A stretch of 30,738 bases of DNA from Gaiellaceae bacterium (GTDB lineage: Bacteria > Actinomycetota > Thermoleophilia > Gaiellales > Gaiellaceae), in the NCBI GenBank assembly GCA_051005735.1, contig JBPCJB010000125.1, positions 1-30,738 on the forward strand, given 5' to 3'. The position numbers and the translations under genes were made by a program. The notes under the pieces are model-generated. The model was given only the letters and a program-made list of their open reading frames with translations, searched no databases and was not told the origin of the DNA. Positions 1-7,827 of the stretch are shown here, in pieces (the first letter of the stretch is position 1; each line of letters starts with the position of its first letter).

Positions 1-929
1 CCGTGCCGCTGCCGGAAGCCGGCGATCATCGCGCGCGGCGCGGCAGAACCGCCGACGAGCATCGAGTGCAGCTTCGAGAGATCCCAGCGCTCCGGCTCCT
101 TGTCGAGCATTCCGAGGATGCCCATCCAGATCGTCGGCACGCCGGCGGTGATCGTGACGCCCTGCTGCTCGAAGTCGTCGAGCAGCGTCTCAGGATCGAG
201 GAACGGGCCGGGGAAGACGAGCTTCGCCCCGACCATGAGGCAGGTGTAGGGGTAGCCCCAGGCGTTCGCGTGGAACATCGGCACGACCGGCAGGAAGGTC
301 TCTTTCTCCGTCACGTGCAGGCCGAGTGGCGCCGCGAGCGCCTCCCCGAGCGTGTGCAGGACGGTCGAGCGATGCGAGTAGAGGACGCCCTTCGGCATCC
401 CGGTGGTGCCGCTCGTGTAACACATGGCCGCAGCCGTGTCCTCGTCGAGCCCAGGATCCTTGTAGTCGTCCGCGTTCGCCCCCGCGAGCAGCTCCTCGTA
501 CGAGTCTTCGACGACGAAGACGTGCTCGATCGTCGTCTTGTCCGCGAACTGCTCCCAGAGCGGCAGCAGGCTCCGGTCGACGATCACGACCTTGTCGCCG
601 GCATGCGTCGCGATGTAACCGAGGTCGTTCGGATGCAGCCGCAGGTTGAGGGTGTGGAGGACGTAGCCGGCACACGGGATCCCCAGATACGCCTCGAGGT
701 GTTGGTAGTGGTTCCAGCAGAGGGTGGCCACGCGATCGCCCGGCTCGAGGCCGAGGCCCTTTAGTGCCATGGAGAGTTGCCGAGCCCGCTTGCCGAAGTC
801 GGCGAACGAATAGGTGTGGAAGCTCCGGTCCGGCATGCGCGTCACGATCTCCTGGTGCGGGAAGTACGTCTCCGCCCGCTTGAGGGTGGTCGGCAGCGTC
901 AGCTGAAAGTCCATCATCAGGCCGTTCAC
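1..929 (-). CDS. Long-chain fatty-acid--CoA ligase (AMP-binding adenylate-forming enzyme), N-terminal part; the gene runs off the left edge of the window
   Basis: Not in the ORF track because it has no stop inside the window. Manual translation from GTG at 929 gives MNGLMMDFQLTLPTTLKRAETYFPHQEIVTR...GDRVATLCWNHYQHLE...AAAMCYTSGTTGMPKGVLYSHRS...VVPMFHANAWG, which includes the AMP-binding motif YTSGTTGxPKG. AAGGAG lies upstream (935-940), and the start overlaps the cupin stop (GTGA). Confidence 0.93.
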   Translation of the reverse strand, partial: MNGLMMDFQLTLPTTLKRAETYFPHQEIVTRMPDRSFHTYSFADFGKRARQLSMALKGLGLEPGDRVATLCWNHYQHLEAYLGIPCAGYVLHTLNLRLHPNDLGYIATHAGDKVVIVDRSLLPLWEQFADKTTIEHVFVVEDSYEELLAGANADDYKDPGLDEDTAAAMCYTSGTTGMPKGVLYSHRSTVLHTLGEALAAPLGLHVTEKETFLPVVPMFHANAWGYPYTCLMVGAKLVFPGPFLDPETLLDDFEQQGVTITAGVPTIWMGILGMLDKEPERWDLSKLHSMLVGGSAAPRAMIAGFRQRH

Positions 930-1387
930 GACGACTCCTTTCCCGCTCTGACGCCGGCAGAGCCGGCATCTTCGCTCTTGGCCGGCTCCGTCGAGCCTAC
1001 GCCGGTTCCGAAGCTCTGGCGGATCGCGAGATCCTCTTCGCTCATCACATGACCGTCGCGCTCGACGTAGCCGTCCTTGCCGCCGACGACCAGGAGGACG
1101 AGGTCGCCCTCGCCGACGTTCGAGATCCGGCGCGGCGTGGTCGACTCGACGTGGAAGAGCCCGCCGGGGCCGAGGATCTGCTCCTCGTCCTCGACCTCGA
1201 CCTTGGCGGTGCCGCTGTGGACGAAGTAGAGCTCGTCCTGGGTGTCGTGGTAGTGCGAGACGCCGGGGTAGCCGGGCGGGTAGACGATTCCGTTCACCCC
1301 GAACGCGGTGATCCCGAGCGGAGCGCGGATCTTGCGGAAGCCGGGGCCGTCGCCCAGCTCGTCGAGCGATGAGAACGCATGTGCCAT
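926..1387 (-). CDS. Cupin-domain protein
   Basis: 153 aa ORF with cupin motif 1 (SHYHDTQDELYFVHSG) and a motif-2-like segment (GGLFHVESTTPRRISN). It is translationally coupled to both neighbours. Confidence 0.85.
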   Translation of the reverse strand: MAHAFSSLDELGDGPGFRKIRAPLGITAFGVNGIVYPPGYPGVSHYHDTQDELYFVHSGTAKVEVEDEEQILGPGGLFHVESTTPRRISNVGEGDLVLLVVGGKDGYVERDGHVMSEEDLAIRQSFGTGVGSTEPAKSEDAGSAGVRAGKESS

Positions 1388-1843
1388 CTAGGTCGACCTC
1401 CTCGGCATGTCTGTGTAGACGCGCTCGCCCTTGAAGCGGCGTGCCTCTCGGTCCCAGGGAAAGAAGATCGCGTTGCGCCACGTCATCGTCTCGCCTGTCG
1501 GCTCGTTGTCCAGCCACTTCGCCCTGTGCGTGCCGGTGACGATCGCCTCCTCGACGACGCCCTGCGGGCCGATCACGATGTTCTGGAGCTCGAAGACGAT
1601 GTCCGGGAAGGCGGTCAAGAGCTCGGTGTAGAAGCGCGCCGCCCCTTCGTGGCCGTGCCAGCAGACGTCGTCCGGATAGACGGTGTAGACGCAGTCCTCG
1701 GAGAGCGTCGCGAGCAGCCCCTCGATCGAGCGCGCGTCCTCGGCCTTCGAGTGCTCCTTCCAGAGCTCGCGGATCTCGTCTACCTCGGCAGGGTCGACCT
1801 CTTGCCGCAGCAGCTCGAGCACTTCCGCTTTCGGAACCGGCAT
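1388..1843 (-). CDS. SnoaL-like / ester cyclase (NTF2-like fold) protein
   Basis: The real start is ATG at 1843 with AGGAGG upstream (MPVPKAEVLELL...). The sequence HSKAEDARSIEGLLATLSEDCVY...GHEGAARFYTELLTAFPDIVF...TGTHRAKW...GERVY has the SnoaL-like pattern. Confidence 0.8.
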   Translation of the reverse strand: MPVPKAEVLELLRQEVDPAEVDEIRELWKEHSKAEDARSIEGLLATLSEDCVYTVYPDDVCWHGHEGAARFYTELLTAFPDIVFELQNIVIGPQGVVEEAIVTGTHRAKWLDNEPTGETMTWRNAIFFPWDREARRFKGERVYTDMPRRST

Positions 1844-1850
1844 ATCCCTC

Positions 1851-2723
1851 CTAATCGAGTAGGGCAGCGGCGACGACGGCTCGCTGCACGGCCGCGTGGC
1901 CGCCGAACGCGTCGAGCCACTGCGCGCGCTTGTAGTAGCGGTGCAGGGGATGCTCCCAGGTGAAGCCGATCCCGCCGTGAACCTGGATCGACCGCTCGCA
2001 CGCGGCGACGGCGGTCTCGGCGCAGAACGACTTGGCTGCCGCGACGGCGACCGGCGCCTGCGCGTCGTCCTCCGAGACGGAGAACGCGGCCCAGTAGGCG
2101 AGCGAGCGCGCCAGCTCGGTCTCGACGTAGGTGTCGGCGAGGGGATGCGAGACGGCCTGGTAGGCGCCGATCTTCTTCCCGAACTGCTCACGCTCCGAGA
2201 CGTACTCGATCCCGAGCTCGAGCGCGCGCTGCGCGATCCCGACCGCTTCGAGCGCGAGCGCGGCGAGGAGCCGTAGCCGCACGGGCGCCCACTCGCCGTC
2301 GACCTTGTAACAGTCTGTTACCTGGAGGCGTCCGAGCGGGCGCGTCTCGTCCATCGTCGCCAGGGACTCGCCTTCCGCTGGACATGCCTCCATCGACTCG
2401 CGGAGGACTCGGTCGACGTGGAGCAGGTCGGGCACCAAGCCGTCGACCTCGATCGACCACGCCTGCTCGTCGACCTCGGGGAGCGCGGGGAGGACGACGG
2501 CCGTCGTCAGGAAGGGGCCGGAGTAGAGCGCCCGGCCGGCCTCCTCGAAGAGGATCGCCTCGTCGAGGAACGAGAGGCCGCCGCCGCCGCGCTCCTCCGG
2601 AACCGAGACGCCGAGCCAGCCGAGCTCGCGGAGCTCCGAGAGCGGCGCCTCGGGATTCGCCTCGAGGAAGGCGCGGGCCTCGCGCCGCAGCTCCTCCTGC
2701 TCCTGCGTGAAGGCGAAATCCAT
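1851..2723 (-). CDS. Acyl-CoA dehydrogenase family protein, short partner subunit of a FadE-type pair
   Basis: 290 aa with MDFAFTQEQEELR, YVSEREQFGKKIGAYQAVSH and IQVHGGIGFTWEH, typical of the second gene in actinobacterial ACAD pairs. The ATG directly follows the stop of the upstream ACAD. Confidence 0.9.
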   Translation of the reverse strand: MDFAFTQEQEELRREARAFLEANPEAPLSELRELGWLGVSVPEERGGGGLSFLDEAILFEEAGRALYSGPFLTTAVVLPALPEVDEQAWSIEVDGLVPDLLHVDRVLRESMEACPAEGESLATMDETRPLGRLQVTDCYKVDGEWAPVRLRLLAALALEAVGIAQRALELGIEYVSEREQFGKKIGAYQAVSHPLADTYVETELARSLAYWAAFSVSEDDAQAPVAVAAAKSFCAETAVAACERSIQVHGGIGFTWEHPLHRYYKRAQWLDAFGGHAAVQRAVVAAALLD

Positions 2724-3854
2724 CTACCTGGACCTCGGGAGGCCGAGCACGCGCTCGGCGATGATGTTGCGCAGGATCTCGGAGGTGCCCGCCTCGATCG
2801 TGTTCCCGCGCGAGCGAAGCTGCTGATGCTGCCAGTAGCCGTTGTCGCCGATCACCTGAGCCCCCGGGCCGAGCAACTCGAGCGCGAGCTTCGTCACGCG
2901 CTGATTGGCCTCCGACCACCAGAGCTTCGCGCCGGAGCCCTCCGGGCCGGGGATTCCGGTCTTGATCAGCGTCGTCAGCGAGCGGTAGGTCGTGTAGCGG
3001 ACGGCCTGGAGGCCGATCCACTCGCGGGCGATCGCGTCACGCTGCACCTCGGTCGCGCCGCGCTCCTTGGCGAGCGCGATCAGCTTGCGGATCTGAGCCT
3101 CGAGCGCCGCGGTGAGGGCGAAGCCCAGCGTGCCGCGCTCGTGGAGCAGCGTCGTCATCGCGACCGCCCAACCGCCGCCGACCTCGCCGAGCACGTTCTC
3201 GACCGGCACCCTCACGTCGGTGAAGAAGATCTCGTTGAACTCGGCCTCGCCGGTGATCTGGCGCAGCGGCCGCACCTCGATGCCCGGCGAGTGCATGTTC
3301 ACGATCAAATAGGTCAGCCCCGCATGGCTCTGCGAATCGGGGTCGCTGCGCGTGACGAGGATGCACCAGTCGGCGATGTGCGCGAACGACGACCAGACCT
3401 TCTGGCCGTTGACGACGAAGTGATCGCCGTCCTCGATCGCGCTCGTGCGGACGGCGGCGAGGTCGGAGCCCGCACCCGGCTCGGAGAAGCCCTGGCACCA
3501 GATCTCCTCGGTCGAGAGGATCGCGTCCAGCCGCGCCTGCTTCTGCTCCTCGGTGCCGTGCGCGATGATCGTCGGCCCGGCCATCCCGAGCCCGATCACG
3601 CCGAGGTGGGAGGGGGCCTCGGCGCGCGCCATCTCCTCGAGGAAGATCGCCTGGAAGCTGTACGGCGCCTCCGCGCCGCCGTACTCCCTCGGCCACGTCA
3701 GCCCTGCGTACCCCGCGTCGGAGAGCTTGCGGCTCCAGTCGCGGCCGGCCCCCTCGAAGCGGCCGCGCCGCACCTCGTCGGTCAGGTTCTCGGCGATCCA
3801 GGCACGCAGCTCCGCCCTGAACGCAGCCTCCTCCGGCGTGTCCCGCAGATCCAC
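2724..3854 (-). CDS. Acyl-CoA dehydrogenase, first subunit of a FadE-type pair
   Basis: 376 aa with WCQGFSEPGAGSDLA, NGQKVWSS, EFNEIFF, TTLLHER and NTIEAGTSEILRNIIAERVLGLP. Confidence 0.93.
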   Translation of the reverse strand: MDLRDTPEEAAFRAELRAWIAENLTDEVRRGRFEGAGRDWSRKLSDAGYAGLTWPREYGGAEAPYSFQAIFLEEMARAEAPSHLGVIGLGMAGPTIIAHGTEEQKQARLDAILSTEEIWCQGFSEPGAGSDLAAVRTSAIEDGDHFVVNGQKVWSSFAHIADWCILVTRSDPDSQSHAGLTYLIVNMHSPGIEVRPLRQITGEAEFNEIFFTDVRVPVENVLGEVGGGWAVAMTTLLHERGTLGFALTAALEAQIRKLIALAKERGATEVQRDAIAREWIGLQAVRYTTYRSLTTLIKTGIPGPEGSGAKLWWSEANQRVTKLALELLGPGAQVIGDNGYWQHQQLRSRGNTIEAGTSEILRNIIAERVLGLPRSR

Positions 3855-3860
3855 GTCCGG

Positions 3861-3866
3861 ACTCTA
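3861..3866 (-). promoter_or_regulatory. Putative -10 element (TAGAGT) of a leaderless transcript for the ACAD operon
   Basis: The minus strand reads TAGAGT-ccggac-GTG(3854): a TAnnnT hexamer 6 nt before the start codon, with no Shine-Dalgarno. Confidence 0.6.
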
Positions 3867-3922
3867 GACGGAACCGGGATTCAGGGCACCACTCTGACGG
3901 AAGACCTCGCCTGTGCGAGTGA

Positions 3923-4684
3923 TCACGCGAGGAACTCGGCGACGATGCGGTTGAACCTCTCTGCCGACTCGAGGAAGAGCAGGTGACCGCCGCCGGGGAA
4001 CTGCTCGAAGCGCGCACCGGGGATCCGCCGTGCGAGCTCGATTCCGTTCTTGTAGGGGACGATCCGGTCGGCGTCGCCGTGGGCGACGAGGGTCGGCGCG
4101 GCGATCTCCTCGACCGGCGAGACCTGGTCGACGAAACGCCAGCCGGCGTCGTACTGCGCGCGCCAGCACTCCGGCGGGGTGGGGTACTCGAGCCGGGTGG
4201 CGAGGAGCCGCTCGAACTCGTCCGGATGCTCGTCCGTCCAGCCCGGCGCGAAGGAGAGCGGCATCGTCGCGCGCGCGAACTCGGGTGGCGAGCGGTCGGC
4301 ATCGGCCTCCCAGGCCGCGATCGTCTCGTCCGGCGTCAGCAGGTGGTCGGGGCCGCCGGTGGCCGTGCAGACGAGCACGAGCTTCGCGACCAGCTTCGGG
4401 TGTCGCAGCGCGAGCGTCTGCGCGATGTAGCCGCCCATCGAGAAGCCGGCCACGCGCGCGCGACGACCCTCGAGCGCCTCGGCGGCGTCGTCGGCCATTT
4501 GCTCGATCGAGTACGGCCCCGGCGGCTTCGGCGAGCGGCCCGTGCCTCGGTTGTCGACGGCGATCACGCGGAAGCGCTCCGACAAAGCCGGGATCTGGCG
4601 CTGCCACGACCAGATCGCGTAACCGAGCCCGGTGAGCAGGAGCAGCGGGCGCCCTTCCCCGTGTTCCTCCCTGTAGAGCTTCAC
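3923..4684 (-). CDS. Alpha/beta hydrolase (enol-lactone hydrolase / esterase-like)
   Basis: 253 aa with the nucleophile elbow GFSMGG, the acid in HGDAD, the His in GGGHLL and DNRGTGRS. The start overlaps the upstream stop (GTGA). Confidence 0.9.
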   Translation of the reverse strand: MKLYREEHGEGRPLLLLTGLGYAIWSWQRQIPALSERFRVIAVDNRGTGRSPKPPGPYSIEQMADDAAEALEGRRARVAGFSMGGYIAQTLALRHPKLVAKLVLVCTATGGPDHLLTPDETIAAWEADADRSPPEFARATMPLSFAPGWTDEHPDEFERLLATRLEYPTPPECWRAQYDAGWRFVDQVSPVEEIAAPTLVAHGDADRIVPYKNGIELARRIPGARFEQFPGGGHLLFLESAERFNRIVAEFLA

Positions 4685-5829
4685 GTCACGGCGCTCCGTT
4701 CGAGGTCGCGGACCGAGCGCCCGCCGATCAAGGCGAGCGCGATGTCCACTTCCGCCGCGAGCTGGCGAATCACGGCCTCCACGCCTGCGGCGCCGCCCAC
4801 GGCGAGCCCGTAGGCATAGGGCCGGCCGAGCAGCACCGCGTCAGCGCCCAGCGCAACCGCCTTGAGGACGTCGGAGCCGGTTCGGATCCCACTGTCCAGC
4901 AGCACGGTCGCGTCGTCGCCGACCGCGTCCCGCACCTCGACGAGCGCATCGAGCGAGGCCACGGCGCCGTCGACCTGGCGACCGCCGTGATTCGAGACGA
5001 CGAGCCCCTCGACGCCGTGCTCGAGCGCGATCCGGGCGTCCATGGCGGTCAGCACGCCCTTGACGAGGATCGGGAGGTCGGTCCGCTCCCGCAGCCAGGC
5101 GAGGTCGGCCCAGGTGAGGCCGAGGTTCGAGAAGACCGAGAGCGCGCGAGCGGAGGCGCTGAGCACGTCCTCCTCTGGCGGCTCGTCGAGCGAGGCGCGG
5201 AACACCGGATCGCTGAAGAACTGCGCCAGCCCCTCGCCTTGGAGGAACGGCAGGTACCCGAGCCGGAGGTCGCGCGGCCGCCAGCCGAGCATGAGCGTGT
5301 CGAGGGTGACGACGATCGCGCCGTAGCCGGCCGCGCCAGCCCGGTCGACGATGCTGCCGACGAGCTCGCGATCGTTGAACCAGTAGAGCTGGTACCAGCG
5401 CGGGGTGTGGCCGAGCTCGGCTGCGACGGCTTCGAGCGAGGTCGAGGCGGCGCTCGAGAGGATCATCGGCACGCCGGTCGCCCGCGCCGCGCGTGCGACG
5501 CCGAGCTCGGCTTCGACGTGCGCGATCGAGAGGACACCGATCGGCGCGAGCAGGAACGGAACCGGCGAGCGCAGCCCGAGCAGCTCCACCGACAGATCGC
5601 GAACGAGGTTCCCGGTGAGCATCCGCGGTCGCAGCCGGTGTCGCGCGAACCCCTCCAGGTTCGCTCGCATCGCCTCCTCGGCGCCGGCGCCGCCCGCGAT
5701 GTAGCCAAATGGGCCGGGCTCGAGCGTCTCCCGCGCGCGCTCTTCCCAGTCCTTCGCGCCGACCGGCCACTCGGCGCCGCCCGCGAGGTAGATCGAGCTC
5801 TGAACCTGGGCTCCTGAGTCGAGCGGCAC
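4681..5829 (-). CDS. FMN-dependent alpha-hydroxy acid oxidase, lactate 2-monooxygenase-like
   Basis: Motifs YIAGGAG, PRML, WYQLYW, TLDT, LVKGV, SNHGGRQVDG, DSGIRTG and LGRPY. The probable start is GTG at 5829; the longer ORF overlaps the divergent ACAD. Confidence 0.88.
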   Translation of the reverse strand: MPLDSGAQVQSSIYLAGGAEWPVGAKDWEERARETLEPGPFGYIAGGAGAEEAMRANLEGFARHRLRPRMLTGNLVRDLSVELLGLRSPVPFLLAPIGVLSIAHVEAELGVARAARATGVPMILSSAASTSLEAVAAELGHTPRWYQLYWFNDRELVGSIVDRAGAAGYGAIVVTLDTLMLGWRPRDLRLGYLPFLQGEGLAQFFSDPVFRASLDEPPEEDVLSASARALSVFSNLGLTWADLAWLRERTDLPILVKGVLTAMDARIALEHGVEGLVVSNHGGRQVDGAVASLDALVEVRDAVGDDATVLLDSGIRTGSDVLKAVALGADAVLLGRPYAYGLAVGGAAGVEAVIRQLAAEVDIALALIGGRSVRDLERSAVT

Positions 5830-5847
5830 TGTGAAAGACTCTATGCC

Positions 5848-7053
5848 GTGACCGAGCTTGCGATCGAGCCGCAGGTCAAGGAGCGTCGCGCCCAGGTGCG
5901 CGCGTTCATGGAGGAGCACGTCTACCCGAACGAGGCGGCGCTCGAGCGCGAGGACGACGCTGCGGACAGGCTGATCGCCGAGCTGCGCGAGCGGGCGAAG
6001 GAGGCGGGGATCTGGGCGCCGCACCTACCCGCGGAGGCGGGCGGCACCGGCTCCGGTTTCATCGAGTACGCGCTCCTGAACGAGGAGATCGGACGGAGCA
6101 TGTGGGCGCAGCTCGTCTTCAACTGTCAGGCGCCCGACGCGGGGAACGGTGAGATCCTGCACCTGTTCGGCACCGACGAGCAGAAGGAGCAGTTCCTCCG
6201 GCCGCTCGTGGAGGGGACGGCGCGCTCGTTCTTCTCGATGACCGAGCCCGAGGTGTCCGGCGCGGATCCGACGGCGCTTCGCACCACCGCGGTCGCGGAC
6301 GGCGACGAGTGGGTGGTCGACGGGCACAAGTGGTTCTCGTCCTCGGCGGAGGGTGCGACCTTCGGAATCGTGATGGCGGTCACCGATCCGGAGGCCCCGC
6401 CGCACCGGCGGATGAGCCAGATCCTCGTCCCGGCCGATACGCCGGGCGTCGAGATCGTCCGGCCGATCCCCGTGATGGGGCACGAGGGCCGGGGCTGGTC
6501 GACGCACTGCGAGGTCCGTTATACGGGCGTGCGAGTGCCGCTCGAGAACGTCCTCGGCGAGCCGGGCGATGGCTTCCGGATCGCGCAGAAGCGGCTCGGG
6601 CCGGGGCGGATCCACCACGTGATGCGCTGGCTCGGCCAGATGCAGCGCGCCTTCGAGCTGATGTGCTCCTATGCGCTCGAGCGCGAGGTCGGCGGCGGCC
6701 CACTCGCCGAGAAGCAGACCGTGCAGAACTGGATCGCCGACTCGGCGGCCGAGATCCAGGCCTGCCGGTTGATGACGCTCGACGCCGCGCGCAAGCTCGA
6801 TGAGGGCGACGAGGCCCGCATCGAGGTCTCGCTGGTCAAGTTCTTCGCGGCGCAGGTGCTTCACGACGTGATCGACCGCGCGATCCAGGTGCACGGCGGC
6901 CGGGGGCTGACCGACCTGAGCCCGCTCGGCCAGATGTACATCCACGCCCGCGGCGCCCGCATCTACGACGGTCCCGACGAGGTCCACCGGATGGTTGTCG
7001 CCCGCCGGATCCTGAAGACGTTCGCCGACGGCGGCGTCTACGAGTTCGACTGA
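5848..7053 (+). CDS. Acyl-CoA dehydrogenase (ACAD10/11-like subfamily)
   Basis: 401 aa with FNCQAPDAGNGE, FSMTEPEVSGAD, DGHKWFSS, AQKRLGPGRIHH and RIYDGPDEVH. Confidence 0.93.
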   Translation: MTELAIEPQVKERRAQVRAFMEEHVYPNEAALEREDDAADRLIAELRERAKEAGIWAPHLPAEAGGTGSGFIEYALLNEEIGRSMWAQLVFNCQAPDAGNGEILHLFGTDEQKEQFLRPLVEGTARSFFSMTEPEVSGADPTALRTTAVADGDEWVVDGHKWFSSSAEGATFGIVMAVTDPEAPPHRRMSQILVPADTPGVEIVRPIPVMGHEGRGWSTHCEVRYTGVRVPLENVLGEPGDGFRIAQKRLGPGRIHHVMRWLGQMQRAFELMCSYALEREVGGGPLAEKQTVQNWIADSAAEIQACRLMTLDAARKLDEGDEARIEVSLVKFFAAQVLHDVIDRAIQVHGGRGLTDLSPLGQMYIHARGARIYDGPDEVHRMVVARRILKTFADGGVYEFD

Positions 7054-7064
7054 CCCTTCCGGCC

Positions 7065-7206
7065 CACGTCCGGGGTCAAAGCCCGGGGGTCAAAGCCCGG
7101 ACACGTCCCGTCGGCGGGCGAAACCCCAACCAGCAGGCGTTTTCGCTGCGTGGTGTCCGTAGCGGACACGTCCGGGCTTTGACCCCGGGCACGTCGCGGC
7201 GACGTG
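7065..7206. repeat. REP/BIME-like cluster of palindromic repeats between convergent genes
   Basis: CCGGGGTCAAAGCCCGG at 7070-7086, a tandem copy GGGGTCAAAGCCCGG at 7086-7100, and an exact inverted copy at 7172-7188. GGACACGTCC occurs twice (7099-7108, 7164-7173). There are also hairpins GTGTCCG-TAG-CGGACAC (7153-7169) and CACGTCG-CGG-CGACGTG (7190-7206). Confidence 0.75.
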
Positions 7207-7213
7207 TAGTCGG

Positions 7214-7780
7214 CTAGCCGAGCTCGGCCTCGATCGCGCGCGCCAGCTCGGCCGGGTCGAAGCCGTCGGGGCCGCGGTCGCCCTGGAAGGCGATCCGGCC
7301 GTCGCGGCCGATCAGGTAGAGCCGGTCGGGCCAGCCGCCGTAGGCCAGGGCGACGGCGTCGTCGACGTCGTCGAGGAGCAACGGAATCCGCGTCTGCAGG
7401 CGCGCGACGCACGCGTCCGCGGCGGCTGCCCGCTCGTCGTGCGTCGTCGGATCAGTGAGCGCGATTTCCTCCCGGCGGTTGTCGGCGAGCACCCAACCGT
7501 CTTCCGGATGCGCTTCGCGGATGTAGACGATGAAGAACGCGACCTCGTCGCCGTGGCGTTCGTAGAGGTCCTCCAGCTCGCCCAACTGGCGGCGGAAGGG
7601 AGGTCAGGTGTAGGAGCCGAAGACGAGCGCGACGGCGTGCCCGCGAGCTCGGCGAGTCGAACGCGCTCGGCGCTCGGGCGCTGCGATTTCGGGGTCGAGC
7701 CGCGGCAGGTCGAAGGGGAAGGCGGGATCGCCGGGGCCGACCTCGGGAGTCATCAGGCTCTGGTAGCCGGGGGACCCCAT
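7214..7780 (-). CDS. Iodothyronine deiodinase-like selenoprotein (thioredoxin fold), Sec at in-frame UGA 7606-7604
   Basis: ATG at 7780 (GAGG upstream) is in frame with TGA 7604-7606 and with the ORF 7214..7585. Read-through gives VALVFGSYT-U-PPFRRQLGELEDLYERHGDEVAFFIVYIREAHPEDGW...YGGWPDRLYLIG..GRIAFQGDRGPDGF, matching the deiodinase signatures FGSxTUPPF and YIxEAH. Confidence 0.9.
7570..7603 (-). promoter_or_regulatory. Candidate bacterial SECIS hairpin directly 3' of the deiodinase-like UGA
   Basis: The minus strand after UGA reads CCTCC-cttccgc-CGCC-AGTTG-GGCG-agct-GGAGG: a lower stem CCTCC/GGAGG, an upper stem CGCC/GGCG, and an apical loop containing GU about 17-21 nt from the UGA. Folded by eye. 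Confidence 0.65.
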
Positions 7781-7827
7781 CACGTCCTCGAGCGAGAGCG
7801 GCGAGTCGGGCGGCGTCTCGGGTCGAC

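Noticed and set aside
7065-7206. CRISPR array
   Set aside because: The repeats abut or are inverted, and there are no regularly sized unique spacers or cas genes.
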